From contig JBMNLI010000010.1 of assembly GCA_050952645.1 (NCBI GenBank), positions 192,001 to 256,000 of the forward strand: a stretch of 64,000 nt of DNA, written 5' to 3'. This document shows positions 52,119-63,700 of the stretch, in pieces. The translations under genes and the position numbers were made by a program. A model generated the notes under the pieces. That model was not told the origin of the DNA, searched no databases, and was given only the letters and a program-made list of their open reading frames with translations. Each line of letters starts with the position of its first letter. The first letter of the stretch is position 1. Source of the stretch: Bdellovibrionota bacterium (lineage in GTDB: Bacteria; Bdellovibrionota_C; UBA2361; CAKMMH01).

Positions 52119-53693
52119 TTAATCATCTATTTTGAATACTTTAAATCCGACATCTAAGTTTTTTGTAGTTAAGGGATTTTCTTTTTTAATTTTTATTCCA
52201 GCTCTTTTGATGCGTTCTTTACCTATTTCGCAAATATTTTTAAATCCTTGCGTGTAAGCTTTACTTTTTTCGTCGCATTTTTCTGGGATTTGCACCATTA
52301 TAAATTTTCTATTTCCTTTATCTTTAGCGTTTAGTTCCATTGTAGCGTGTGCGGTAGTAGCTGAGCCTGAGAAGAAGTCGAGAACAGCACTATTTTTGCA
52401 ATTATATGTAGCCATATTTATTAAGTATGATATTAAGGAGATGGGTTTCGAGTAATCGAAGGGAACTCCTAAACTTTTCATTTCTTCGTTAGCGTCTGTA
52501 TTACATTTTACGCCGCATTCTTCGCTATTTATGATATCTGATGGTGCTATAAATTTATTTTCGTTATCTATATCTGTGTAGACTGTGGTGATATTTTTTT
52601 TAATCTCGAAAGTTTTCCCACTTTTTATGTATTGGTTAATTTTTTCTTGTCCCCAAGCTGAGTTTGCTATTATTCGCACTTGGTGTTTATTTAGGCCGTT
52701 TTCGCATATGATATCGTCTAGGAGTTCTACATTGTAGGTTCCGCCGTAGTATCCTTTTAGAAAATCTTTTTTTATTCTTATAGAGTTTTTAGCAAAAGTG
52801 AGTTCTTGTTTTTTATTTGGCAAGTGCCATAGTGGTGCTTGTTTATTGTATGAGGCTTTACCGTAGAGCTGTATTTTTATTTTATTATAGTATGCTAGGA
52901 TGTATTCGTATTTAGTGCGAACGCTTCCTGAGAGGCCTGGAGCTTTTTTTACTCTATTCCATTTAAATGTTGCTATAAATGAGTTAGCGCCGAAGATTTC
53001 GTCGCATATTTTTCTTAAGTTTGCCACTTCGTTATCGTCGATGCTTATAAATATTACTCCGTCATCGGTTAGTAATTTTTTTGCTAGGATTAGTCTAGGG
53101 GTTATCATTGAGCACCAGTTTGAGTGGTATCTTCCATCTAGGGTAGTATTTTCGTTATCGGCAAAATTTTTTATATAATCTTTTTTTGACTGAGTAAAGT
53201 TATCGTTATAGAGAAAATCGTTTCCTGTATTATATGGTGGGTCGATATAGATTACTTTTATTTTTCCTTTATAATTATTTTGCAATATTTTTAGTGCGTC
53301 TAGGTTATCGCCTTCGATGTATAAGTTTTCTGTGGCATTCCAATTTAAGCTTTCTTCTTTTTTAGGAATTAGTTTTTTTGTTGTTTTAGTATTTGCTTTT
53401 AAGATTGACGCTTTTTTCCCTACCCAATTAAAAGAATAGCTTTCGGTTTCTTTTTTAGTTTCATTTTTATTTTCATTTTTAGTTTCTTTAGCTAAATCAT
53501 TTAGAATCATTAGCTTTAGTGTTTCAAGTTCTACAACCTTTACCACCTTTCCATTTTTATCTTTTATCTCCGCTACAAAGCCAGCACAATCTGCAAAGCC
53601 AGTGCAATCTGCAAAGCCATCTAATGGCAAGGCAGTTAGTTTGTTAGAAGGCAAGGAACGCAGATTGTTTAGGTTAGGAGTTTTAGTTGTCAT
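52119..53693 (-). CDS. mod: Type III R-M Mod-like adenine DNA methyltransferase (short, no adjacent Res)
   Basis: NLYIEGDNL, IYIDPPYNTG, FISIDDNE, LDFFSGSATT, GFKVFK. Confidence 0.88.
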   Translation of the reverse strand: MTTKTPNLNNLRSLPSNKLTALPLDGFADCTGFADCAGFVAEIKDKNGKVVKVVELETLKLMILNDLAKETKNENKNETKKETESYSFNWVGKKASILKANTKTTKKLIPKKEESLNWNATENLYIEGDNLDALKILQNNYKGKIKVIYIDPPYNTGNDFLYNDNFTQSKKDYIKNFADNENTTLDGRYHSNWCSMITPRLILAKKLLTDDGVIFISIDDNEVANLRKICDEIFGANSFIATFKWNRVKKAPGLSGSVRTKYEYILAYYNKIKIQLYGKASYNKQAPLWHLPNKKQELTFAKNSIRIKKDFLKGYYGGTYNVELLDDIICENGLNKHQVRIIANSAWGQEKINQYIKSGKTFEIKKNITTVYTDIDNENKFIAPSDIINSEECGVKCNTDANEEMKSLGVPFDYSKPISLISYLINMATYNCKNSAVLDFFSGSATTAHATMELNAKDKGNRKFIMVQIPEKCDEKSKAYTQGFKNICEIGKERIKRAGIKIKKENPLTTKNLDVGFKVFKIDD

Positions 53694-53762
53694 AGGGGGG
53701 CTTCCTTTTTTTTTATAAAAACATTTTTTTTATTTATATTTAACATTTCTTTTTTATATACC

Positions 53763-55355
53763 TTATTTGCTTTGAAGTTCCTTAAAAATTCTTCTTAATT
53801 GCAAAATTGACTCTTTTAAATCATCTCTTGAATATTCTCTTTCAGAATTATTCTTCTTCATCTTATCTTCTGGGTGATGCATAATATTTCTAATGTAAGT
53901 AGGTAAAGTAGCAAGATAAGGGTTCTTCCCAGATTTTTTATATTTAGGCAACCCTTTTTCTTTCAACCAATTATCAAAATCTCTTATTGTCATATCACCT
54001 GCCTTAACATTCAACGCCCCATACAACTCATTATGATATTCTTCGCTTATTTCATCGAATGCTAAAAAATTAACTTCGTTTAATGATGGATACGCAAGAC
54101 TACCTTTTTCAACTTTTGAAATTCTCTCTTTGCCATCTTCTTTTTTATTTACGATTCTTATATTTGAAAAATCTAGCTGTTTTGCACCATCTTTAGCGGT
54201 TTTTTCTTTATCTAGTTTATCTAGCTGTTTTACTATAAAAGCACTATGAGTAGTTAATATCACTTGAATATTTTCATTGTCTGATAAACTCTTTAAAGCA
54301 TCTATTAAAATTTTTTGATTATTTGTATGTTGTGATGTTTCAGGTTCTTCTATGGCATATATAACGCCATTTTTTGTTTTTTTATTTTCTTGTGCTTGCC
54401 TTTCTGCCTCTGCTCTAAAGAAACTTAATAAAATAAGTCTTTTTACACCACTTCCTCTTTTATTAATTGGAATATTATCTCCAAAAATAGAAACTGATTT
54501 AAATACACTACTCCAAGCAAGTTTGTCTGTTGGTGGTATCACAGGCTTTAATTCTTCAGCTATTTTTTTATCAAAATCTTCTAACTTTTTTGATGTCCTA
54601 CTAGATACGTCTTCTAATCGCTCTTTAACTTCTTTAGCAATCTCATCTAATTTATTTATAATATTATCTTCTTTAAAAATCATATTTACCGCATTTTTTA
54701 ACGGATCTTGCACTTCTGAATCGCTATCGGTATTTTGTCTATCAGATTTAAATAATGAATACGCTGGTAAGCAAGCATTTATTTTTTCCCATATCTGTTT
54801 TGCGTCTTCCTTAGATACATCTATTTCTTTAATATCTAATTTAAGATCATCTTCATAATGCTTCCAAATGGCTTCACGCATCACGGAGTTAACTGACCGA
54901 TCTGAACAATCAATATTGTTATCTTCAATAATTTTTTTTAACTCATTTTGTTTTTTTAATAATAAGTCCGAACAATTAGGATTAGTAGGGTGATTGGCTC
55001 TAATCCAAATTTTCGGAGTACCTGCGTTTTTATATCTTTTAATTATCTCTAAAGATTTATCGTCATTTAACAAATACTCTTTTTCTAAAGGTACCGTTTC
55101 AATCGTCCCCTTCAAAACACTTACTTTCTTATCGTTTATATTATCTCTCAAAACTAAAAGCGCTTCGTCATATGGGTCAACACAAACTATTTCTTTACAA
55201 AATGGCAAAATCCTTTGTGTAAATCTCCCAGTTCCAGCTCCTACTTCAAGCACCTTTTTATCATGAAAGTCTATCCCAAGCTCAGCTAAAACTTGCATCT
55301 CTTTGTTTTTAGGGTCGTAGCACTTCGCCCATTTATCATATATAGTACAATCCAT
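53763..55355 (-). CDS. Chimera: class I SAM-methyltransferase N-terminus + OLD-like ABC ATPase C-half + RxxxxH (HEPN-like) tail
   Basis: VLEVGAGTG in the first 90 aa; RGSGVKR signature, IYAIEEPE Walker B, ILTTHS; YIRNIMHHPE; no Walker A. Confidence 0.75.
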   Translation of the reverse strand: MDCTIYDKWAKCYDPKNKEMQVLAELGIDFHDKKVLEVGAGTGRFTQRILPFCKEIVCVDPYDEALLVLRDNINDKKVSVLKGTIETVPLEKEYLLNDDKSLEIIKRYKNAGTPKIWIRANHPTNPNCSDLLLKKQNELKKIIEDNNIDCSDRSVNSVMREAIWKHYEDDLKLDIKEIDVSKEDAKQIWEKINACLPAYSLFKSDRQNTDSDSEVQDPLKNAVNMIFKEDNIINKLDEIAKEVKERLEDVSSRTSKKLEDFDKKIAEELKPVIPPTDKLAWSSVFKSVSIFGDNIPINKRGSGVKRLILLSFFRAEAERQAQENKKTKNGVIYAIEEPETSQHTNNQKILIDALKSLSDNENIQVILTTHSAFIVKQLDKLDKEKTAKDGAKQLDFSNIRIVNKKEDGKERISKVEKGSLAYPSLNEVNFLAFDEISEEYHNELYGALNVKAGDMTIRDFDNWLKEKGLPKYKKSGKNPYLATLPTYIRNIMHHPEDKMKKNNSEREYSRDDLKESILQLRRIFKELQSK

Positions 55356-55468
55356 ACCTGCTTAACCGTTTTAAATGTTTAGAATATAACGATTGTACAC
55401 CATTAGTGACCATTTTCGCCATTATCCTTATACCTCCCCCCTCCTCTCCTTAAAGCTTTCTTCTTAAA

Positions 55469-56300
55469 TCACAAAAACTTTAGTGCATCCTTAATCTTAT
55501 AACTATGCCTTTTTCTTTTACTAAAATAATTCACTTCTTCATAGCCTATGCTTAAAAGCTTTTCATAAGCCTCTTTAAATCCAGCTCCCACTCTATCTGG
55601 GGAATGAGCATCTGATGATACTACTACTGGAATTCCTCTCTCATACGCCATCTTTATTATAAAATCATCTGGATATAAAGAAGGAGGCGTAAATAAAAGC
55701 CCTGCCGTATTGACCTCCATGCATATCCCTTCACTCTGTATAGCATCTAAAAGTTCTTCTATCTCTTTTTCTAATAGCTCAGGTCTCCAATATTTATAAG
55801 GAATATGATACTTAATATAATCTAAATGGGCTATACAATCGAAAAGCCCACTAAGCGCACTATCAATTACATCTCTAAAAATCTTTTTTAACGTTTCTAA
55901 AATGTCCCCCTTGTAATAAATATTATCCCATAAATACTGCTTTGTAGCATGCACGCTCCCTAAAATATATATCATATGGTGCATAATTTATTATGCTTCT
56001 TAAATAATCCATGTCTTGATTATTATGCACAAAGTCTACCTCTACTCCTAACCTAATATCTAATGCATCGCCTATATATTCTTTAGTAAATTTTATTAGT
56101 GAAAAATATGAGTCAAAGATTCTTTCAGGAATCGTCCAAAAATCTTGCACCCAAGGATACTTCACTACTGGTGCATGGTCTGTAAAACAAATACCTTTAA
56201 AATTTTTCTCTATCGCTACTTTTGCATAATCTACAGGCCAGCCAGTAGAATGCATAGAAAGCGGCGTGTGCATATGTGAGTCGTATATTACTTTTTCCAT
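55469..56300 (-). pseudogene. PHP-family histidinol-phosphatase (HisJ-like), frameshifted near 55970
   Basis: DSHMHT, FTDH, GVEVD in ORF1; ILGSVH, AHLD, EVNTAG, SSDAH in ORF2; one extra base in the GATATATAT tract. Confidence 0.8.
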
Positions 56301-56510
56301 AAACTTATATCTTTACCTTATATCTTTAAGTTATATCTTTAATTAATATCTTTAATTAATATCTCTTAATATCTTAAGTGATATCTTAAGTCTAATTAAA
56401 ATTTAAAACATCATCACCTATAAATCGTTAAAAACAAATTATTTAAAATAGATTATTAGCACAGCTAAAATTTCTAATAAACGCTTATTAAAAAAAAATT
56501 AGAAACTTTT

Positions 56511-57039
56511 TTAAACCCAAAATACTCTATCTTCTTTTCTCTCTTGTCTAGCAGGTTTTTCTCCGTCTATATATCCTAAAACGCAATTTCCCACTCCCTC
56601 GTATTCTTCACTAATGCCTAGAGCCTTTAAAAACTCCTTTCCCGCTTTCGTTTCAAAACTTTCCTTTGCTCTATGTATCCAACAACTACCAATATTTAAA
56701 CTATCGGCTGCTAACATTAAATTTCCCATCACTAAGCTTCCATTATACCCTTTAGTCAAAGCATTTTTTTATCTAAAACCACAAGAACTACTGGGGCTCC
56801 ATAAAAAGGATCAAACCCATCAGGGAAGCCTCCAACTTTACCATTAAGTTTTGAAAGCGCATCACGTTTTTCTTTGTCAACTACTGCGATTATATCGATG
56901 ATTGTTCACCATGCCCACTAGGAGCATAAAGCCCAGCGGTTATTATTTTGTCTAATATTTCTTTTTGAAGCATCTCGGATTTATATTTACGAACACTTCT
57001 TCTTTCTATAAGTGCTTTAATTATATTATTGTTTTCCAT
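56511..57039 (-). pseudogene. Nitroreductase family, multiple frameshifts
   Basis: ERRSVRKYK...YAPSG at the 5' end; NLMLAA..LNIGSCWI at the 3' end; middle broken. Confidence 0.8.
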
Positions 57040-57107
57040 ATCAATTTCTTTTCATTCTAAAAAAAATAAAATCAAAATTTATAAATATACTATTTAAGTA
57101 TATCTTA

Positions 57108-58912
57108 TTATATTTTTCTAAATACCACTACTAATATAAAAGGTAGTGAGCAAAAAACGGCGTAATTATAACGAAACTCAGCAAAAACTGGCGTTGGCAA
57201 GTAAAAGTGAGCCTACTACCATAATAAGGGGAATGCAAAGCATCGCACCGAGATTATCTTTTCTTATTATCGCAAAAAATAATGATATTAGCAAAAGCCA
57301 ATTAAAAAAACCGATAGAGATTAAAGGTTGTAATAGTGGAAATTTTTCAAAACTCTTTAGATAATTATTAAATTTTGCTTCAAACCATTTAGAGTTTACG
57401 GTTTTTTTAATTCCTAAATCGTTTTTCTCTACACTCCCCCACCACTTCCAATAATGATAGCCCGAATTTAGGTAGCCTCTAGTTTGGTCTATCCAACCTT
57501 TAAAGTAAGATAAGGGGTGTTTTAAAAAGCGTGAAATATAAAACTTTAAAAACTCTGCTTTGTGATTCTTTATATAATTTTGATTTCCTTTTTTGTGAAT
57601 CATTACTTTAGTTTTACTAAATATGTAAGGTATATATTCGCTAGGCACTTTTTCTACATCTATAACGTTGCTTAAAAGTGCTATCTCATCTTTACTTAAG
57701 TCCCGATTGTCTTTTATATCTCTTGCTATCTGCTGGGCTGGAATGGCTATCGCTTCTATAAGTGCTGGCTGTTTAACGTTTAAAAATTTTAACACGGGAT
57801 ATTTTAAAATATAACTACTACACAATATAAAAATCATTAGAAAGATATTTTTTTATTTTTTATCTTCCACAAAATAAAAAAGAAAATCGTTGTAAAAAAG
57901 AAAATCGTTGTAAAGAAAAATGCGAAAAGCCCGTTGCTTCTAAAAAGGCAAAATCCAAACCCCGATAAAACAAAACCTATATAATTTAAAGATTGAAATT
58001 TTAAAATTTTTTATTATCCTAAAAAAGAATACTATAAAAAGTAAGACTAAAGCACCAAAGAGGACATCTTTCCACATCGTAAAGCTATACATAATATTAT
58101 AAGGCATAAGTAGGAAAAATACACAAACTAGCACTAAAATCCATTTAGGCGCGCGAATTCCAGAAAGCGTAGCGAGAGTAAAAGCAAAAGAAAACGCCAT
58201 AAATAACACTGAAAATACCGAGTAGACGCATACCGCTTTATTTATATCATTAAAAAAAGAAAGCCCCTGGAGTGATGAAAACTTTTATTATCATCGTATG
58301 GTAGAACGGATGGTGGTTTGTGTAGTAGCCTTTAAGGATTTGTCCTAATTGGTCTATGCTATCTAGTGAAAGATTCCCTGGGAATTCACATAAGAAAAGT
58401 ATCGATAAATTTAAGATTACCATACTTAAAAAAGAAATTAAGAAAACTTTTAAAGGCTTTGCTACATTTTCCGACTTATCCCAAAATATCTTTTCTTTAT
58501 AAAAAACCATCACTAGAAAAATATTTTTAAAAGCGAAAAATAAGCCTAAGAAAATAAGTAGCATTACAAGATTTTTATTTAACACGATTTCAGTAAATAG
58601 CTTATAATTTGAAAATGTAATCATTAATGAAAAGAGAATTGAAAAGATATTTATAATTATATTTTCAAATTTAGAAAAATTAGAAATGTGCAAAAAGTTT
58701 TTACTGTTTTTTATATAAAGGCATATAAATGATGCGATAAGCTATTAAAAAATAAGGCATAAAATAAGCATCTGATAGAGTTAGAATAGAAAAACTTCCT
58801 AACATACTTATCGTTTCAAAAATTATTTTCACTAGATTTTTATTAGACCTTTGATTCGTCTTTTGATTTACCTTTGATTTACCTTTTTATTTACTCTTTG
58901 ATTTACTTGCAT
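57108..58912 (-). pseudogene. Polytopic membrane protein (DUF6020-like / GT-C glycosyltransferase-like), fragmented
   Basis: Consecutive fragments with FPGNLSLDS..Q...NHHPFYH, MWKDVLF, IPAQQIAR, and PVFAEFRY in a shifted frame. Confidence 0.7.
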
Positions 58913-59247
58913 AAAAAAGAACCTATTTAAAAAAATTTATTTTCTTTTTGTTTTTTGAAAATAACAAGCAAATTAATATTATGATGCAAACGCTATATAA
59001 AAGCAATTAAGGACATTTATTTTATACTTTTAAAATCGTTTAACTTACCTAAATTTACAAAATAAAATTAAAGCAAAAAATAATTTTTCTTAAAAATACG
59101 ATTTGTTGTATAATAAAAAGTTGTTGTTTAAAAGAGCTTTGCCTTTTTAAAAAGTTTTTAAAAGGTCTTAGCTTTTTTAAAGTTAGTGAAACACTGATTA
59201 ATGTCTAAAATTTCTAAAAACTGATATAAGAAGCTAATTTTTTCAAG

Positions 59248-60393
59248 ATGTTTAAAAAAACTCTTGGAATTATGCTATTAATCAGTGTTTCCTTAGGTTC
59301 AATAAATTCCATAAACCCCTTTGTGGGTAGAATAGGAAGAAAGATGTCGGGAATAAATTCTACAAGTCGTCTAGCGGAATGTGCCACGGCTATAATGCGG
59401 GCTTTAGCTAATCACCCTACTTTTAGTTCGCTGTTCGATGAAAACTTCAACCCAACCTCTAAATTGAAAAAACTTACAGGAAAGTATCTTCCAAGCATAA
59501 AACTTGGAGAAAATGATGAAAGGCTTGGGGCTGTTTTAGAAGTTAACGGAGAAACGCTTGACACTATTTTAGTGTCTCACAAGGAAATGCTTGACACCAT
59601 TGACGGCATCAATGATATTTGGCAAGCTGTCTACAAACTAGGTCAAGGGCAATATCGATATGAAATAGCTAAAAGCGGAAACTGCACCTTTGAAGATGAA
59701 GATCTAAATGAGCTTCTCAAACTCACACTAGCAAAACAGCCATTCCTAGCTGAGATGCAAGGTGCTACAGTGTTGGCTTTAGGTTGCACAGTTAATGGCT
59801 TTGCAAGTCGCGTCTCCTTTCTCTTTAATGAGTTAGTAGAACAAGATGAAACCATTAAAGATCTCGTGCTATTAGCGGGGAATAGAAGTTTAGGCGAAAA
59901 AGAGTACGAACTCTTACGAGAACATTTCCCTAAAATTCATAAGAGCTCCACGACAGAGACTCAGGCGTTATGGGAAATAATAAGCGACGTAGACAACGTA
60001 AGAAGCTTGCTTAGATACTGTGGAAACAGCAAAGAAAGAGTCGAAGCTTGTCTAGAAATTTACGAGTCTCTTAAACATAATGGCAATATTCGTTTAGCCG
60101 TTGACGAAAAATCCCCAAAGCCAACCACAGAAAGCACGATGGATAAATTCATCGAAGGCAGAAAAAATTTATCCGAAGAAAAGCTAGTCGGCGTTTCATC
60201 GGGTATATACGGAGGTAGCCAACTTTTAGGATTAATTCATCCATGCTTAAAAAACAGCGTGATGCCTAAAGGTTTTTACATTATATCTAATGGCGCTAGT
60301 AATGTTGAGACAAAACAGTTTCTTCACGACTTGGCTATTACAATATACAGAACCAGATGTATCCGCAATGAATTAGAACGCATCTGCTCCTAA
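59248..60393 (+). CDS. Hypothetical secreted protein, possibly DUF218/HUP-fold-like
   Basis: Signal-like N-terminus; motif order VLALG, LLAGNRSL, TETQAL, PTTEST, VGVSSGIY. Confidence 0.7.
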   Translation: MFKKTLGIMLLISVSLGSINSINPFVGRIGRKMSGINSTSRLAECATAIMRALANHPTFSSLFDENFNPTSKLKKLTGKYLPSIKLGENDERLGAVLEVNGETLDTILVSHKEMLDTIDGINDIWQAVYKLGQGQYRYEIAKSGNCTFEDEDLNELLKLTLAKQPFLAEMQGATVLALGCTVNGFASRVSFLFNELVEQDETIKDLVLLAGNRSLGEKEYELLREHFPKIHKSSTTETQALWEIISDVDNVRSLLRYCGNSKERVEACLEIYESLKHNGNIRLAVDEKSPKPTTESTMDKFIEGRKNLSEEKLVGVSSGIYGGSQLLGLIHPCLKNSVMPKGFYIISNGASNVETKQFLHDLAITIYRTRCIRNELERICS

Positions 60394-60449
60394 ATTTTCT
60401 AGAAGGTTTTTTTAGCCTTTAGGAAAAGCTTGAGGCTTGCATTACATAA

Positions 60450-60524
60450 GGTTAGGGGGGAAAGGAGAGAGGAGAAAAAAAGATTTTAAAAATTTAAGTT
60501 TTTTCTTTCTTTCCCTCCCCTAAC
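60450..60524. terminator. Long imperfect inverted repeat between convergent genes
   Basis: GTTAGGGGGGAAAG...CTTTCCCTCCCCTAAC. Confidence 0.5.
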
Positions 60525-60768
60525 TCTTGCTTACTAGTGCTAAGCTTTATCCTTTTTATTTATATTCTAAATCTTTCTTTCTTTTACGTATAACTCGCTT
60601 AAAATAATTTTTAAAAAAAGTTTAAAAACACTCATATAAATTATTAAAGTATCAGACGCAAAGCAAAGAAAAGCTTTAAGATTTTAATTATCAAAATTAA
60701 CTACTAATTTATTAACTACTAATTTATCTATTAATTCTTATTTAATTTTTTCTTAAAAATAAATGATT

Positions 60769-63700
60769 TTAAGAAATTTTACAAACTTGAATAACCACAC
60801 TCCCCTCATTTACCTCTATAACATTTTCTCCTTCTACCACATCAAGCTTTTCTGTTAATGAAAGTGCTAACGTTTCAGACATAATCTTTTCTTTAAACTT
60901 ATCTACCGCTTCTTTTACTAGCTCTAAAGAAGATGATATCCCAACACTGATTTTTTGCTCTACTGCAAAACCACTATCCTTTCTTAATACTTGTAAATTT
61001 CTTATAATCTCTCTTACTATCCCCTCTAAAATTAAATCATGCGTTAAATAAGTGTTTAACGCCACATAGACACCATTTTCTTTGCCAGTTTTTATATTTT
61101 CTTTCTCACACGTAAGCTTAGTAAAAATTTCTTTTGAAAGCTCCTCTTTAAAGCCCTTTATAAACAAAGGCTTATCTTCGTTAAAATCCTTTACTAGCTT
61201 TTGCATATCTTCAAAAGTTAAACTACCTAATAAATCCTTTACCTTTTGAACATCTTTCTTTAAAACACTTCCTGCAACTTTAAAATTCAAAGTTAAATAC
61301 TCATCGACTAACGCACTCTCATCTCTTATAAACTCTATATCTTGAATATTAAGCTCCTCTAAAATTACAGACCTTTGACTATTTATAAAATCCTTATGTT
61401 CATTATTATCCGTTAAAATATATAGCTTACTTAGTGGCTGGCGAACCTTTAAATTAGCCTCATTTCTTACTCTTAAAGCTAGCGTGATAATATCTCTTAA
61501 AACTTTAGTATTATTTATGATTTCATCATTATCAAACTCGCTGTTTTCTTTTGGATACCCAAAAAGCAACACGGTTACTAAATCATTTTTTTCATATTTT
61601 TTTATAATATTTAAAAAGATATCTTCACACATAAACGGCACTATCGGAGCTAACACTCTAGTTATAGTTTTTATAACTTCAAACAAACAGTAATAGCCTA
61701 TTAGCTTATCTTCCGTATTAGATGATTTCCAAAATCTTCTCCTATTAATTCTTATATACCAATTAGAAACATCATCTATAAAAAACTCTAAATCTTTCAC
61801 CATCATATTAGATTGGTAATTGTCCATGTAATTCTTAGCATTTCTTATAAATTGATTGTTCCTAGCTAGAAGCCATAAATCGCTTACCGCAAACTTGCTT
61901 TTATCAATTTTAAAATTCTCTAAATCTGGCTTATCAAGCGAAGCATAAGTATCAAAAAATGTGCATATGTTATTAAACGACATTAATTTTCTTCTAGCCT
62001 CATCTAACAAGCCCCAACCAAACCTAATATCATTAGTGTAATTTGCCCCAGCATAAAGGTAGCGAATCGTATCGGAGCCTACCTTATCAGCAGCCTCATG
62101 AAACTTAATATTATCTTTACTAGTCTTAGAAAATTTAGAACCATCCTCTTTTACAAGAGCACTAAATCCTAACACTCTTTCATACGGCGCTTTGCCCTCT
62201 AAAACTACACTCATAAATAACAGTGAATAAAACCAAAGCCTAACCTGCTCTCTCATTTCAGTTATAAACTCTGCTGGAAAATACTTTTCCCACTCCTTTT
62301 TATTTGTAAAATATTCTTGCGTCGAAAAAGATACTATACCTGCATCGAGCCAAACATCTCCCGTATCTAACACTCTAGAAACCTCACTTTGACAATCTGG
62401 GCACAAAATATTTATTTTATCTATAAACGGTCTATGAAGCTCAGGAAGCTTGTCTACCATATCTTTATTTGTAGCTAGCGCTCTTAGCTCTTTTTTAGAA
62501 CCTATAACAGTTAATTTTCCACACTTATCACAAACGTAAAATGGAAGAGGTAGCCCGTAAAATCTTTTTCTTGAAATATTCCAATCTCCCATATTTGTAA
62601 GCCAATCTTGCATCCTTTTTCCTAAATATTCAGGCTCCCAATTAACCGTCTTTGAAGCATTTATTAAATCTTCCCTTATGTCATCTACCTTAATATACCA
62701 AGCATCTATAAGCCTAAAAATAATCTCCTCTTTGCATCTCCAACATATAGGATAAGGGTGAACTATTTCTTGAAGCTTATAAACCATATTCCTATTTTCT
62801 AAATCTTTAAAAATTATATCTCTTACATCCTTAACATTCTTTCCAGTTAAAAATCCAAACTTTTCTAAAAATATTCCGTTATCATCTACGGGCATTATCT
62901 TAGGAAGTCCAAGCTGCTCGCCTAGTTCAAAGTCTTCAGCACCACATCCAGGGGCGATATGCACAACGCCACTTCCCTCTTTTGCACTAACCTCATCCCA
63001 AGAAACTATTTTATGAACGAAGCCTTGCTGGGCTTCAAAATCTTCAAAACACGTAGTATATTCTTTTCCTATCAGCTCACTTCCTTTAAAAAATCTTACT
63101 ATCTCTACCCTATCATCACCTAAAACACCTAAAGCTTCTTTACCTAAAATTATATGCTCATTATCAGATTTTACCTTCACCTCGCAATAATCATTGTTTG
63201 GATTTACAGCAAGAGCCACATTGCTAGAAAGCGTCCAAGGAGTCGTAGTCCAAACTATAATCTTTTTGCTTTCTCCTTTTATAGGAAGTTTTAAAAATAT
63301 CGATGTGTGTACTACGTCCTTATATGAACCCGTCATCTCATGCTCCGATAGCGATGTTCCGCATCTTGGGCACCACATCATCGGACGATACGACTTGTCT
63401 ATCATTCCTTTTTCATTACATACTTTTAAAAAATGCCAAATAGCCTCTATGTTATAATCTTTGCCAGTATAATAAGAGTCGTCCCAATCGGCCCATTGAC
63501 CTAAGCGCTTAGATTGCTCGGTAATTATTGAAGTGTATTTTTCTACTCTTTCATTGCATCTTTTAGTAAACTCTTCTAACCCATAGTCCTCAATATCCTT
63601 CTTAGTTTTAAAGCCTAACTCTTTTTCTACTTCCACCTCTATCCAAAGCCCTTGAGTATCAAATCCATTTCTAAAACGAACATCATACCCATTCATCCAT

